Positions 32,996-41,498 of a stretch of 64,000 bases of DNA are shown piece after piece; the stretch's first letter is position 1; each line of letters begins with the position of its first letter. The DNA is from Candidatus Nanopelagicales bacterium (lineage in GTDB: Bacteria; Actinomycetota; Actinomycetes; S36-B12; UBA10799): positions 31,763-95,762 of the forward strand of contig JBAOIN010000006.1 of assembly GCA_037045455.1 (NCBI GenBank). The letters run 5' to 3'. The translations under genes and the position numbers were made by a program. The notes beneath the pieces were generated by a model that did no database searches, had not been told where the DNA came from, and saw nothing but the letters and a program-made list of their open reading frames with translations.

Positions 32996-33239
32996 AACTC
33001 CATTGTTGCGTAATTCTGGCTGGGCACAATGACGGGGGTCACATTTCGGTGCTCCAAGTCCCGCTTCTGCCTCGTGCATTGCGCGGCCCGCTGTTGTCGT
33101 GGGTGCCTTCTAGATTTGCTGGTGAGTGCCGGGGGCCTGTGGATTTGTGCGGCTCGGTTTTGTCAGACCCTCCTGTCATTCTGAGATTGGCAGTCGGGGC
33201 CTGCCCTTCTTCTCTTTCTTCTTCTGGGTTTGGGGGTGT

Positions 33240-34469
33240 GTCGTGTCGTTGGAGATCTCTCACAATGCGCATCGGCGTGCCCGGATCCGGGAGTCGCTGC
33301 CCACCGAACATCCGAAGCTGCTGGACCAGGTCGCGGGATTGGTCAATCACCTTCCGGACCCGGCCGAGTTGAGCCTGGAGGAGCTCGCCGGGTCACTCGG
33401 GGTCGCCGGGCGGCTGGTCAACCAACTCGAAGCCTGGCTGACGACAGTGGCCGCCGAGGCCGATACCCGCAAGGCCTCCCAGGTGTTGTGCGCCGGGACC
33501 ACCGGGACGATGGTCGCGGCGGCGTTGAACACCACCCCGGCGGCCGGGTCGGGGATGGTTGCCACCGGCCGGGCGCTGCGCGACTTGCCCGCTGTGGCCG
33601 AGGCCTATCGAGCCGGCGCGATCGGGACCAGGCAGGTACTCGCGCTGCAGCACGCCGCACCCAGAATCCAGGATTTCGCCCAGAACGAGCAGTCGCTGGT
33701 CGAGATCGCCTCCCAAGTCGATCCCAAGGAACTACGCCGGCTGCTGGACGTGCTGATCACCCAGTCCATCCCCGAAGGCGCGGACATCGACCACCTCAAA
33801 CAGCGCGACAAACGGGGCCTGTCGCTGAATGAACGTCAGGACGGCATGTGGAAGATCGAAGGGCTACTCGACGCGATCACCGGGAACAAACTGCAGGACC
33901 TGCTGCAACCCTTGATGGCCAAAGACGGCAAGGACGACAGCCGCTCCCCGAAACAGCGCCGCGCCGACGCCCTCGACGATCTGGTGAGCCTAGCCCGGGC
34001 CAACCGCTCACCGCTGGGGGTGTCCGGGCTGACCGTGCTCGTCGACATCGACGGCCTCCCCGACGAGGCGCGTGCGGTACTCGAGGACGGCAGCGTGCTG
34101 GGCCCGGACACCTTCGACCTGCTGTCCTGCAGCGTGGCCATGTCGGTGATCTTCGGGGTCAACCGGCCGAAGGGTTTCGAACCGCTGCAGCTGGCCCGCA
34201 CCGCCCGGCGGGCCAGCAAGGACCAGTGGACCGCTCTCAAAGCGCGCGACAAAGGCTGCGTGCGCTGCGGGAAACCACCTCGGTTCACCGAAGCCCACCA
34301 CATCATCCACTGGAAGGACGGTGGTTTGACCGACCTACGAAACCTGGTCCTGCTGTGCGCACGATGCCACCACGACCTGCACCTCGGCTACTTCAACGTG
34401 ATCATGGGCGACGACGGCATCCCGATCCTCATCCAAGGACGCGGACCACCCGGCAAACGCACGGGCTGA
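33240..34469 (+). CDS. DUF222 / HNH endonuclease domain protein
   Basis: C-terminal HNH motif (CVRCGKPP..EAHHIIHWKDGGLTDLRNLVLLCARCHHDLH). The N-terminal region resembles the DUF222 architecture. Start approximate (GTG about 33240). Confidence 0.8.
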   Translation, partial: VVSLEISHNAHRRARIRESLPTEHPKLLDQVAGLVNHLPDPAELSLEELAGSLGVAGRLVNQLEAWLTTVAAEADTRKASQVLCAGTTGTMVAAALNTTPAAGSGMVATGRALRDLPAVAEAYRAGAIGTRQVLALQHAAPRIQDFAQNEQSLVEIASQVDPKELRRLLDVLITQSIPEGADIDHLKQRDKRGLSLNERQDGMWKIEGLLDAITGNKLQDLLQPLMAKDGKDDSRSPKQRRADALDDLVSLARANRSPLGVSGLTVLVDIDGLPDEARAVLEDGSVLGPDTFDLLSCSVAMSVIFGVNRPKGFEPLQLARTARRASKDQWTALKARDKGCVRCGKPPRFTEAHHIIHWKDGGLTDLRNLVLLCARCHHDLHLGYFNVIMGDDGIPILIQGRGPPGKRTG

Positions 34470-34559
34470 ACGCCCACAGCCGAACGGTGTTGCCTGCTTG
34501 CGCCGGCGTCTGTATGGCCTACCCATATCCCTCGTCGACAGCGCACCTACCGTGGATTC

Positions 34560-35012
34560 ATGGCCCACTACCGCGCGACCGTGCACTCCCCGGCCCCTGC
34601 CGAAAAGGTGTTCGGCTACCTGGCCGACTTCGCTACCGTCGCGCAGTGGGATCCCGGAGTCAGTCACGCGGAACTCATCGCCGGCAGCCCGGGCAGAACG
34701 GGGGCCCGATACCAGGTGATCACCTCCAATCTGGGAGTTGCGCTGCCGCTGGAGTACGAGATCCTGGAGGCAATCCCGCCAGCCGACGGCTTCGCGGGCC
34801 GCGTGGTGCTGGAGGCACAGACACCGGATTTCCGCTCCTACGACGTCATCACGGTGAGCCCAACCGGTCGCGGCAGCGAAGTGGTGTACGACGCCGATCT
34901 CGCGCTCAACGGTCCCCGCCGGGTATTCGACCCGCTGCTGCGGCTGGCGTTCTCCGTCATCTGTGCCCGGGCTCGCGACGGGCTGGCGGCTTCGCTTGCC
35001 CGGATCAACTAG
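34560..35012 (+). CDS. SRPBCC (polyketide cyclase/dehydrase-like) family protein
   Basis: 150 aa with an N-terminus (..ATVHSPAPAEKVFGYLADFATVAQWDPGV) typical of the family. Confidence 0.75.
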   Translation: MAHYRATVHSPAPAEKVFGYLADFATVAQWDPGVSHAELIAGSPGRTGARYQVITSNLGVALPLEYEILEAIPPADGFAGRVVLEAQTPDFRSYDVITVSPTGRGSEVVYDADLALNGPRRVFDPLLRLAFSVICARARDGLAASLARIN

Positions 35013-35196
35013 CCGGGAAACGAACGTGTCGATAGGGGCCAGAGCCGACCCCAATTCGCAGGTGCGCTTGAACAAAGCGCTCGATCCGCGCCGCTTACCG
35101 CCGCTCCGGAGCGCTTGGTTGACTGGCGCCAGGCTGGCGGGGGCGCGAGGACGAGCCGAACGGGGCGTAACGCCCGGCATTCGGTCCGGATCTAGC

Positions 35197-36099
35197 ATGG
35201 GAACCGTGAATCCGGTCGACATCGCAGGCCTCGTCGTGCGGTACGGCGACACCGCAGCAGTCGACGGACTTGATCTCCAGGTGTCGCCCGGCAGCATCTG
35301 TGTTCTGCTCGGACCGAACGGCGCGGGCAAGACCACCACCCTGAACACGATCCTCGGTCTGCGCCGAGCAGACGCCGGCCGCATCCAGGTGCTGGGGCAC
35401 GATCCGCGCGACCTCGGCCTGCGAAGCCGAGTGGGAGTGCTGCTGCAGGACGGCGGCCTGCCCGTGGCAGCGACTCCCAGGGCCATCGTCAGCCACTTCG
35501 CGCGGCTCTACGCCGATCCGCTTCCCGTGAACGCCGTGATGGAACGGCTCGGACTGGACCACTTAACTCGTCCCTACCGTCGGCTATCGGGTGGTGAGCA
35601 ACAGCGCGTCAAACTCGCAGTGGCGCTGATCGGACGGCCACGGCTGCTGGTTCTGGACGAACCCACCACAGGCATGGACCCGGCGGCCCGCCGTGTCTTC
35701 TGGACGTTGCTGGACGAGGTGCGCCAGCAGGGGGTGACGGTGCTGATGACCACGCACCAACCGGACGAGGTGAGCGCTCGCGCCGACCAGATCGTGGTCG
35801 TCCACCGCGGCCACGCCGTGGCCGACGCCACGCCGGCCGAGTTGATCGAGCAGTCCCCTGTCTGGTTCACGTGCGCGCGTCACCTCGATGTCTCCTCGCT
35901 GATGCACGTGCTTGGGCCTGGTTTCGACATCACTGAAGTGGAACCCGGACGCTACCGCGTGCAGGGCCATGCCGGGGTTTCGGAAGTGAGCGCGATCCGA
36001 TCCTGGGTCGCCGGCCACGGTGACGGCACCCAGGAGGTCACGGTCGTGCGAACTCTGGAAGAGGCCTACCTCGAGATGACCGGGGGCGTCGCATGGTGA
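35197..36099 (+). CDS. ABC transporter ATP-binding protein (ABC-2/DrrA type)
   Basis: [39 protein letters not shown] 35197 lies inside ORF 34963..36099. Confidence 0.9.
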   Translation: MGTVNPVDIAGLVVRYGDTAAVDGLDLQVSPGSICVLLGPNGAGKTTTLNTILGLRRADAGRIQVLGHDPRDLGLRSRVGVLLQDGGLPVAATPRAIVSHFARLYADPLPVNAVMERLGLDHLTRPYRRLSGGEQQRVKLAVALIGRPRLLVLDEPTTGMDPAARRVFWTLLDEVRQQGVTVLMTTHQPDEVSARADQIVVVHRGHAVADATPAELIEQSPVWFTCARHLDVSSLMHVLGPGFDITEVEPGRYRVQGHAGVSEVSAIRSWVAGHGDGTQEVTVVRTLEEAYLEMTGGVAW

Positions 36100-36839
36100 C
36101 GCTGGACATGGCCGCTGGAAGCACCGCCGGTCCAACAGGTCGCAGGATCTGGGCGCAAGCCGCGTTCGACGCCCGCAATGTGCTGCGCAACGGCGAGAAC
36201 CTGCTGCTCACCCTGATCATCCCGGTCGCCGTGCTGCTCATCCTGTTGCTGACCCCAATCAGCAACCGCACGCCCGGTCAGGCCCTTGTCGCCTCTGGCA
36301 GCCTCGCGGTCCTGGCCACAGCGTTCACGTCCCAGGCGATCAGCACGGGCTTCGATCGCAGGTACGGTGTCCTGCGCATGCTGGGACTGTCCCCGCTGGG
36401 TGCCCGTGGACTCATTGCTGCGCGAGTGATCGTGAGCCTGCTGATCGTCGCCCTGCAACTGGCGATCCTGGTGCTGCTCGACGTCTTTGTCGGAGGCTGG
36501 CGACCGCCTGGACCCGCGTCGGTCCTGCAAGCGGTACTGGTGGTGGCACTCGCAGTGGTGGCCTACACCGGCTGGGCCCTTCTGCTGGCCGGCGTGCTGC
36601 GCGCCGAGGCGACGCTGGCGGTAGCCAACGCCGTGTTCCTGGTGCTGATGTTCGGTGGCGGGCTGGCGGTTCCGCTGGATTCGCTGCCGTGGGCAGGTGT
36701 CGCCAAGTGGTTGCCCAGCGGCGCGATGGTCGACGCTCTGAGCTCCCCCGCGCCCGCCTGGGGTCCGCTACTGGTCCTGACCGGTTGGGCCGTCATCGGC
36801 GCGGCACTGGCCGGCCGGTTCTTCCGCTGGGAGTCCTGA
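36093..36839 (+). CDS. ABC-2 type transporter permease
   Basis: Six-TM 248-aa ORF overlapping the ATPase gene stop. Confidence 0.85.
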   Translation: MVTLDMAAGSTAGPTGRRIWAQAAFDARNVLRNGENLLLTLIIPVAVLLILLLTPISNRTPGQALVASGSLAVLATAFTSQAISTGFDRRYGVLRMLGLSPLGARGLIAARVIVSLLIVALQLAILVLLDVFVGGWRPPGPASVLQAVLVVALAVVAYTGWALLLAGVLRAEATLAVANAVFLVLMFGGGLAVPLDSLPWAGVAKWLPSGAMVDALSSPAPAWGPLLVLTGWAVIGAALAGRFFRWES

Positions 36840-36873
36840 CCGTCGCGTCGATCCCCCGGCGTACGCTCATGGT

Positions 36874-37810
36874 GTGGCAGTCGACACGGCACCGGAGTCA
36901 GTGAACCTGCCCGTCACCGGCGCCGCTCCCGGGTGGCTGCAGCGAGTGTTCTGGGCCAACCTCATCGCGCAGGTCGCGATCATCATCACCGGCGGCATTG
37001 TGCGCGTCACCGGATCCGGATTGGGTTGCCCCACCTGGCCGGAGTGCGTCGACGGCTCCCTCACTCCCACGGCCAACCAGGCCGAGGGAGTCCACAGACT
37101 GGTCGAGTTCGGCAACCGAACGCTCACCGGAGTGCTGATCGTGCTGGCCGTAACAGCCCTGGTCGGGGTGTTTGTATGGCGCCGCAATTCAGGCGTCCGC
37201 CGGCCCTGGGTCACGTGGCTGGCCGCTGTGCCGCTCGTCGGTACCCTGGCGCAGGCTGTGGTCGGCGGGATCACGGTCCTCGTCGATCTGCACCCGATGG
37301 CCGTGGCCAGCCACCTGCTGCTTTCGCTGGTCGTCGTCGCGGCCTGCGTCGCGCTCGTCCAGTTCGCCGCAGAGGCGGTAGACCCACCCGGAGTCGCCAT
37401 CACCCGGCCGACGACGCGAGTGCTGGGCAATGCGCTGATCGCGGTCACCGCCGTCATCGTGGTAATGGGCACGGTGGTGACTGGCTCCGGCCCGCATGCC
37501 GGTGATGCCCGCACTGCCCGGCTCGATCTCGATCCGCGATTGATCAGCTGGCTGCATGCCGATGTCGTGTTGCTGTTCATCGGCCTGCTTGTGGGCATGC
37601 TCGCACTCCTGCATGTGGACACAAGTTCACCGCATCGCCCGCCGCCGCGCGTGGTGGGTAGTGGCCTTCGCTGTCCTGCAGGCCTGCATCGGTTACGTGC
37701 AGTACTTCACGGGTCTGCCCTGGGTACTCGTCACAGTGCACCTGCTAGGGGCCTCACTGGTCTGGGTGGGCGTCTGGCGGCTGCGGCTGAGTCTCACGCA
37801 GCGCGGCTGA
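36874..37810 (+). pseudogene. ctaA: heme A synthase CtaA/COX15, frame broken by a net +1 indel at about 37618-37630
   Basis: GSGLGCPTWPEC and most TM helices are in ORF 36874..37827. The last two helices (..AFAVLQACIGYVQYFTGLPWVLVTVHLLGASLVW..) are in ORF 37556..37810. Confidence 0.8.
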
Positions 37811-37838
37811 GGCCATCTGCGGGGTAGGCTCCCCGATC

Positions 37839-38468
37839 ATGGCCGTCGTCCTCTGTTTCGGTGATTCGCTGACCTACGGTTTCGACCCCGCGACGGGCGG
37901 CCGATTTCCGCCCGGGCAGCGCTGGCCCGACGTGCTGGCCGCCGACCTCGGCAACGACCACACGGTGCTGACCGAGGCCCTGCCCGGTCGCACCACCGTC
38001 TTTGACTCGCCCTATGCCGAAGCCCGCAGCGGCCGGGCGATGCTGCCGGCGATCCTGGAGTCTCACGCTCCAGTAGACGTTGTGATTCTCATGCTGGGCA
38101 CCAACGACCTGCAGGGACCGCTGGAACTGTCAGCCCGGCACAGTGCGTCGGGGTTGTGGACACTCATCGACATCGTGAACCGCAGCGCCGCTGGGCCGGA
38201 CGCCAGCCGCCCGCAGTGCTTGGTGGTCGCACCGCCGCTGATCGTGGAGCCGAAGGGCTTCATGGGCGTCTTCTACACCGGTCGCGAGCAGGAATCGCGA
38301 GAGCTGCCCGGGCTGTACGGCGAGATCTGCGGGCAGACCGGCACCCCGTTCCTCGCAGCGGGCGAGGTGGTGCAGCCGTCGCCGGTGGACGGCGTCCACC
38401 TGGATCCGCAGGCACAGCAGACCTTGGGTCACGCCATCAGTAAACGGGTGCGGAGCCTCCTGCCCTGA
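37839..38468 (+). CDS. SGNH/GDSL hydrolase family protein
   Basis: N-terminal GDS motif (VVLCFGDSLTYG), and a DGVH block near the C-terminus. Confidence 0.85.
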   Translation: MAVVLCFGDSLTYGFDPATGGRFPPGQRWPDVLAADLGNDHTVLTEALPGRTTVFDSPYAEARSGRAMLPAILESHAPVDVVILMLGTNDLQGPLELSARHSASGLWTLIDIVNRSAAGPDASRPQCLVVAPPLIVEPKGFMGVFYTGREQESRELPGLYGEICGQTGTPFLAAGEVVQPSPVDGVHLDPQAQQTLGHAISKRVRSLLP

Positions 38469-38487
38469 GTCTGGGCCGGACAGAAGA

Positions 38488-39276
38488 TCAGTCCAGCACC
38501 GGCGGGCTCAGCCGAGTGCGCACCGCTCGCGCCAGCCGGTCAGCGGCCTGCGGGTCGGCGTCCAGGAACAGTTGCGCACCGGTGGCGTCGAAGGCAGCCA
38601 GTAACCATTGCCCCTCATAGAACACGAGATCGAACCGGCCGTAGAGCAAATCCTCGTCTTCGCTGGCCAGCCGGAGCAGTTCGGGAAGCAGATCCGCCAG
38701 CTCCGGCAGGTCACCCGTACCGCCCACCACAGCGTGGGACAGTTGGCCGCCGAGCACGATCACCGAGAGCCGCTGGGCGTCCGGCAGGTCCGGCTGGATG
38801 AGGGCGACGGCCCCCCGGCCAGCCAGCTCAGCGGCCCGCAGCGCGGCCGCGCCCGCGTCGTCGAGTCGCATCGTGGCGCCGCCCACGTTCGGCGTGACCA
38901 CGAACCCCGCCCATCCGGTCGCCGCCAGGGCTTGCTTGCACTCCGCCGCCACATCGCCGGGCTCGAACCAGACCGTCGGCACAGTGGGCACGCCGCGACG
39001 GCCGAGATCACGCAGGTAAGTCCGGTCGCTGGTCTTCGCGAGGATCCGGGCCGGGTTGGCCAGTAGGGTCTCCTCCTCCACTGCTCGAGCCCAACGCAGG
39101 AAGTCCTGCCGGCGATCACCGGCACAGCGCACGAGCACCAGATCGAAGTCGTCCCATGCGACATCGGCGTCCCAGTTGACGGGCTGCGCATCCAACCGTG
39201 CCCGCTCGAAGGCGGCGAGAGCCAGCGGCAGATCGGCATCCGGAGCCGACGTCACGTAGGCGATCCGGGGATACAT
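38488..39276 (-). CDS. hypothetical protein, possibly ATP-grasp-like
   Basis: 262-aa ORF with good coding character. The fold assignment is a weak impression only. Confidence 0.45.
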   Translation of the reverse strand: MYPRIAYVTSAPDADLPLALAAFERARLDAQPVNWDADVAWDDFDLVLVRCAGDRRQDFLRWARAVEEETLLANPARILAKTSDRTYLRDLGRRGVPTVPTVWFEPGDVAAECKQALAATGWAGFVVTPNVGGATMRLDDAGAAALRAAELAGRGAVALIQPDLPDAQRLSVIVLGGQLSHAVVGGTGDLPELADLLPELLRLASEDEDLLYGRFDLVFYEGQWLLAAFDATGAQLFLDADPQAADRLARAVRTRLSPPVLD

Positions 39277-40184
39277 CAGCCCAGCAGCAGCGGGTCGATG
39301 GCGACCAGAAGGAACAGCAGGGCCAGGTAAGTGATGGACCAGTGGAACAGCCGCATGGGCTTCGGGTCCTCACCACGGACGGTTCGCCGGCGCAACGTCC
39401 ACGATTCGCCCACGAACACGGCACCGAGCCCGAGCGCCCCGATGCTGTAGATCCAGCCCATGGGGGCTACCGGTACCAGCGCTAGCGAAGCGATCACTGT
39501 CGCGATGGCGTACCAGAGGATCTGGTCGGCCACTCGCTTGGTCCCCGCCACGACCGGCAGCATGGGCACGCCGGCGCTGCTGTAGTCGTCCCGGAAGCGC
39601 AACGAGAGCGGCCAGTAGTGCGGCGGCGTCCACAGGAAGATCACCGCAAAGAGCACCCAGGGCGCCCACGACAGATGCCCGGTCACGGCCGCCCAGCCGA
39701 TCAGCACCGGGAAGCAGCCGGCCGCCCCGCCCCACACGATGTTCTGGGACGTGCGGCGCTTGAGGATCATGGTGTAGCCCACGACGTACAGGAAGATGGC
39801 CAGTCCGGCCAGGCCGGCGGCCAGCAGGTTCGTGGTCCATGCCAGCCAGATGACGCTGATCGCGCTCAGGGCACTGCCGAACGCCCAGCCCGCAGCCGGC
39901 GTGATCGCCCCCGTCACCATGGGCCGGGTACTGGTCCGCTTCATGACGGAGTCGATGTCCCGGTCGTAGACACTGTTCATGGCGTTGGCCCCACCGGCTG
40001 CAAGCGATCCGCCGAGCAGCGTGGCCAGCATCGTCGTCAGCGGCGGCAGGCCCCGCGCGGCCAGCACCATGGCCGGGACGGTCGTGACCAGCAGCAGTTC
40101 GATGATGCGGGGTTTGGTCAGCGCGAGGTAGGAGCGCCAGGTACTCGTGTGCGTCAACGCAGTGTCGACGTGAGTGGCCACCAC
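39276..40184 (-). CDS. ctaB: protoheme IX farnesyltransferase CtaB/CyoE
   Basis: UbiA-family polytopic protein (..LALTKPRIIELLLVTT.., NSVYDRDID.., PPHYWPLS). GTG start about 40184 inside ORF 39276..40313. Confidence 0.9.
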   Translation of the reverse strand: MVATHVDTALTHTSTWRSYLALTKPRIIELLLVTTVPAMVLAARGLPPLTTMLATLLGGSLAAGGANAMNSVYDRDIDSVMKRTSTRPMVTGAITPAAGWAFGSALSAISVIWLAWTTNLLAAGLAGLAIFLYVVGYTMILKRRTSQNIVWGGAAGCFPVLIGWAAVTGHLSWAPWVLFAVIFLWTPPHYWPLSLRFRDDYSSAGVPMLPVVAGTKRVADQILWYAIATVIASLALVPVAPMGWIYSIGALGLGAVFVGESWTLRRRTVRGEDPKPMRLFHWSITYLALLFLLVAIDPLLLG

Positions 40185-40412
40185 AGCAGAGTAGCGCGCG
40201 CCCTGGAGTCCGTTGCGGTCAGTCGCGAGGAAGTCGGTGCAGCGTGAGTTGATCGGTGCAGGATCAGGTAGGGCGTGCAGCCTTAGGGAACCTCGAACCT
40301 TCACGTCTGGCATGAGCCTTCACGCGGGGAAGGTGCACGGATGGACCCGGCCACGGTCTCGTCATGTGCCGGAATGCGTTCGCCCGCCCAGTCCATGCGG
40401 CAGGGTGGTTTC

Positions 40413-41432
40413 GTGAGCACCACGCTGACCCCCGTGATCCGGGCAATTCTGGCAACCCCGGCCCCGATCATCCGGCGGTTGGCTGGCCCACCGCCCACCG
40501 TGGACGGGGCCACGCTGGATCCGGCAGTGCACTTGATGCTATGGCTTAACGCGAAAGGCGTCGGAGCCCCGGACAGCCACGACCCGCTGACCCGGCGGAC
40601 CGGAATGGAGAAGAACACGGCCTTGGTGATGCCCAAGGTCGATGGCGTCACCGCCCAGGATCACGTGCTGGAATCTGGCCTGCTCGCCCGCGAGTACCGC
40701 AGTGCACGCCAGCATGGGCCGGCCCCGATCATCGTGTATTTCCACGGTGGCGGATGGGTGGTCGGCAGCCTGGACACCCACGACGCCTCGTGCCGGATGC
40801 TCGCCCGCCACAGCGGCTGCGTGGTGCTGTCCGTTGGCTACCGGTTGGCGCCCGAACACCGGTTCCCCGCCGGCCTCGACGATGCCGAAGCCGCCTTTCG
40901 CGAGATCCACGCCGAGCCGCAGCGGTTCAACGGGCTGCCAGGAGCCGTCGCGGTGATGGGCGACAGCGCGGGCGCGAATCTGGCCGCCGCCCTGTGTCTG
41001 CGTACCCGCGAGCGAGGTCCGGCCCCTGTGGCGCAGCTGTTGATCTATCCGGCGGTCGACCTCCGCCTGACCCAGCCATCGATCGACACGTTCGGTGACG
41101 GCTACCTGCTCACCAAGGAGGACATGGTCTGGTACCGCGCGCAGTACCTGCCGGACCTCGCGCTGGCAACGCATCCGGAGGTCTCACCGCTATTGGCGAC
41201 GGATCTGAGCGACCTTCCGCCAGCCGGGATCTGGACAGCCGGCTTCGACCCGTTGCGCGACGAGGGGCACGCCTATGCAGCAGCACTGCGGGAGGCGGGC
41301 GTGGTGGTAGGTGAACACTGCTTGCGTGATCAGATCCACGGCTTCTTCGGTATGGGCGTGCTGCCGGGGGGCATGCGCAGGATCGAGCAGGTGAGTGTTC
41401 GCGCCGCGGAGATCGTGCATGCTGCGATCTGA
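40413..41432 (+). CDS. alpha/beta hydrolase, hormone-sensitive-lipase-like esterase
   Basis: HGGGW oxyanion motif (VYFHGGGWVVGS), nucleophile elbow GDSAGANLA, and C-terminal DPLRDEG and HGF. Start uncertain (40341 to 40413). Confidence 0.8.
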   Translation: MSTTLTPVIRAILATPAPIIRRLAGPPPTVDGATLDPAVHLMLWLNAKGVGAPDSHDPLTRRTGMEKNTALVMPKVDGVTAQDHVLESGLLAREYRSARQHGPAPIIVYFHGGGWVVGSLDTHDASCRMLARHSGCVVLSVGYRLAPEHRFPAGLDDAEAAFREIHAEPQRFNGLPGAVAVMGDSAGANLAAALCLRTRERGPAPVAQLLIYPAVDLRLTQPSIDTFGDGYLLTKEDMVWYRAQYLPDLALATHPEVSPLLATDLSDLPPAGIWTAGFDPLRDEGHAYAAALREAGVVVGEHCLRDQIHGFFGMGVLPGGMRRIEQVSVRAAEIVHAAI

Positions 41433-41498
41433 GGAGCCGCCTGCGCGGCCAGCCAGCCGGTACGCTCGCATTCGCAGCCGATCGAAAGGACGCCCAGC

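Noticed and set aside
33001-33031. CATTGT-N19-ACAATG inverted repeat just upstream of sufR as the SufR operator
   Set aside because: The arms are only 6 bp with a long spacer. I cannot recall a verified SufR consensus to compare it with, so it is too weak to call.
29807-33079. 1090-aa ORF suggesting a natural SufR-SufB fusion protein
   Set aside because: The middle about 90 residues are low-complexity Arg/Gly/Pro read-through. The real SufR C-terminus is in another frame ending at 32335, and SufB has its own ATG at 32338. The ORF is a composite caused by a frameshift.
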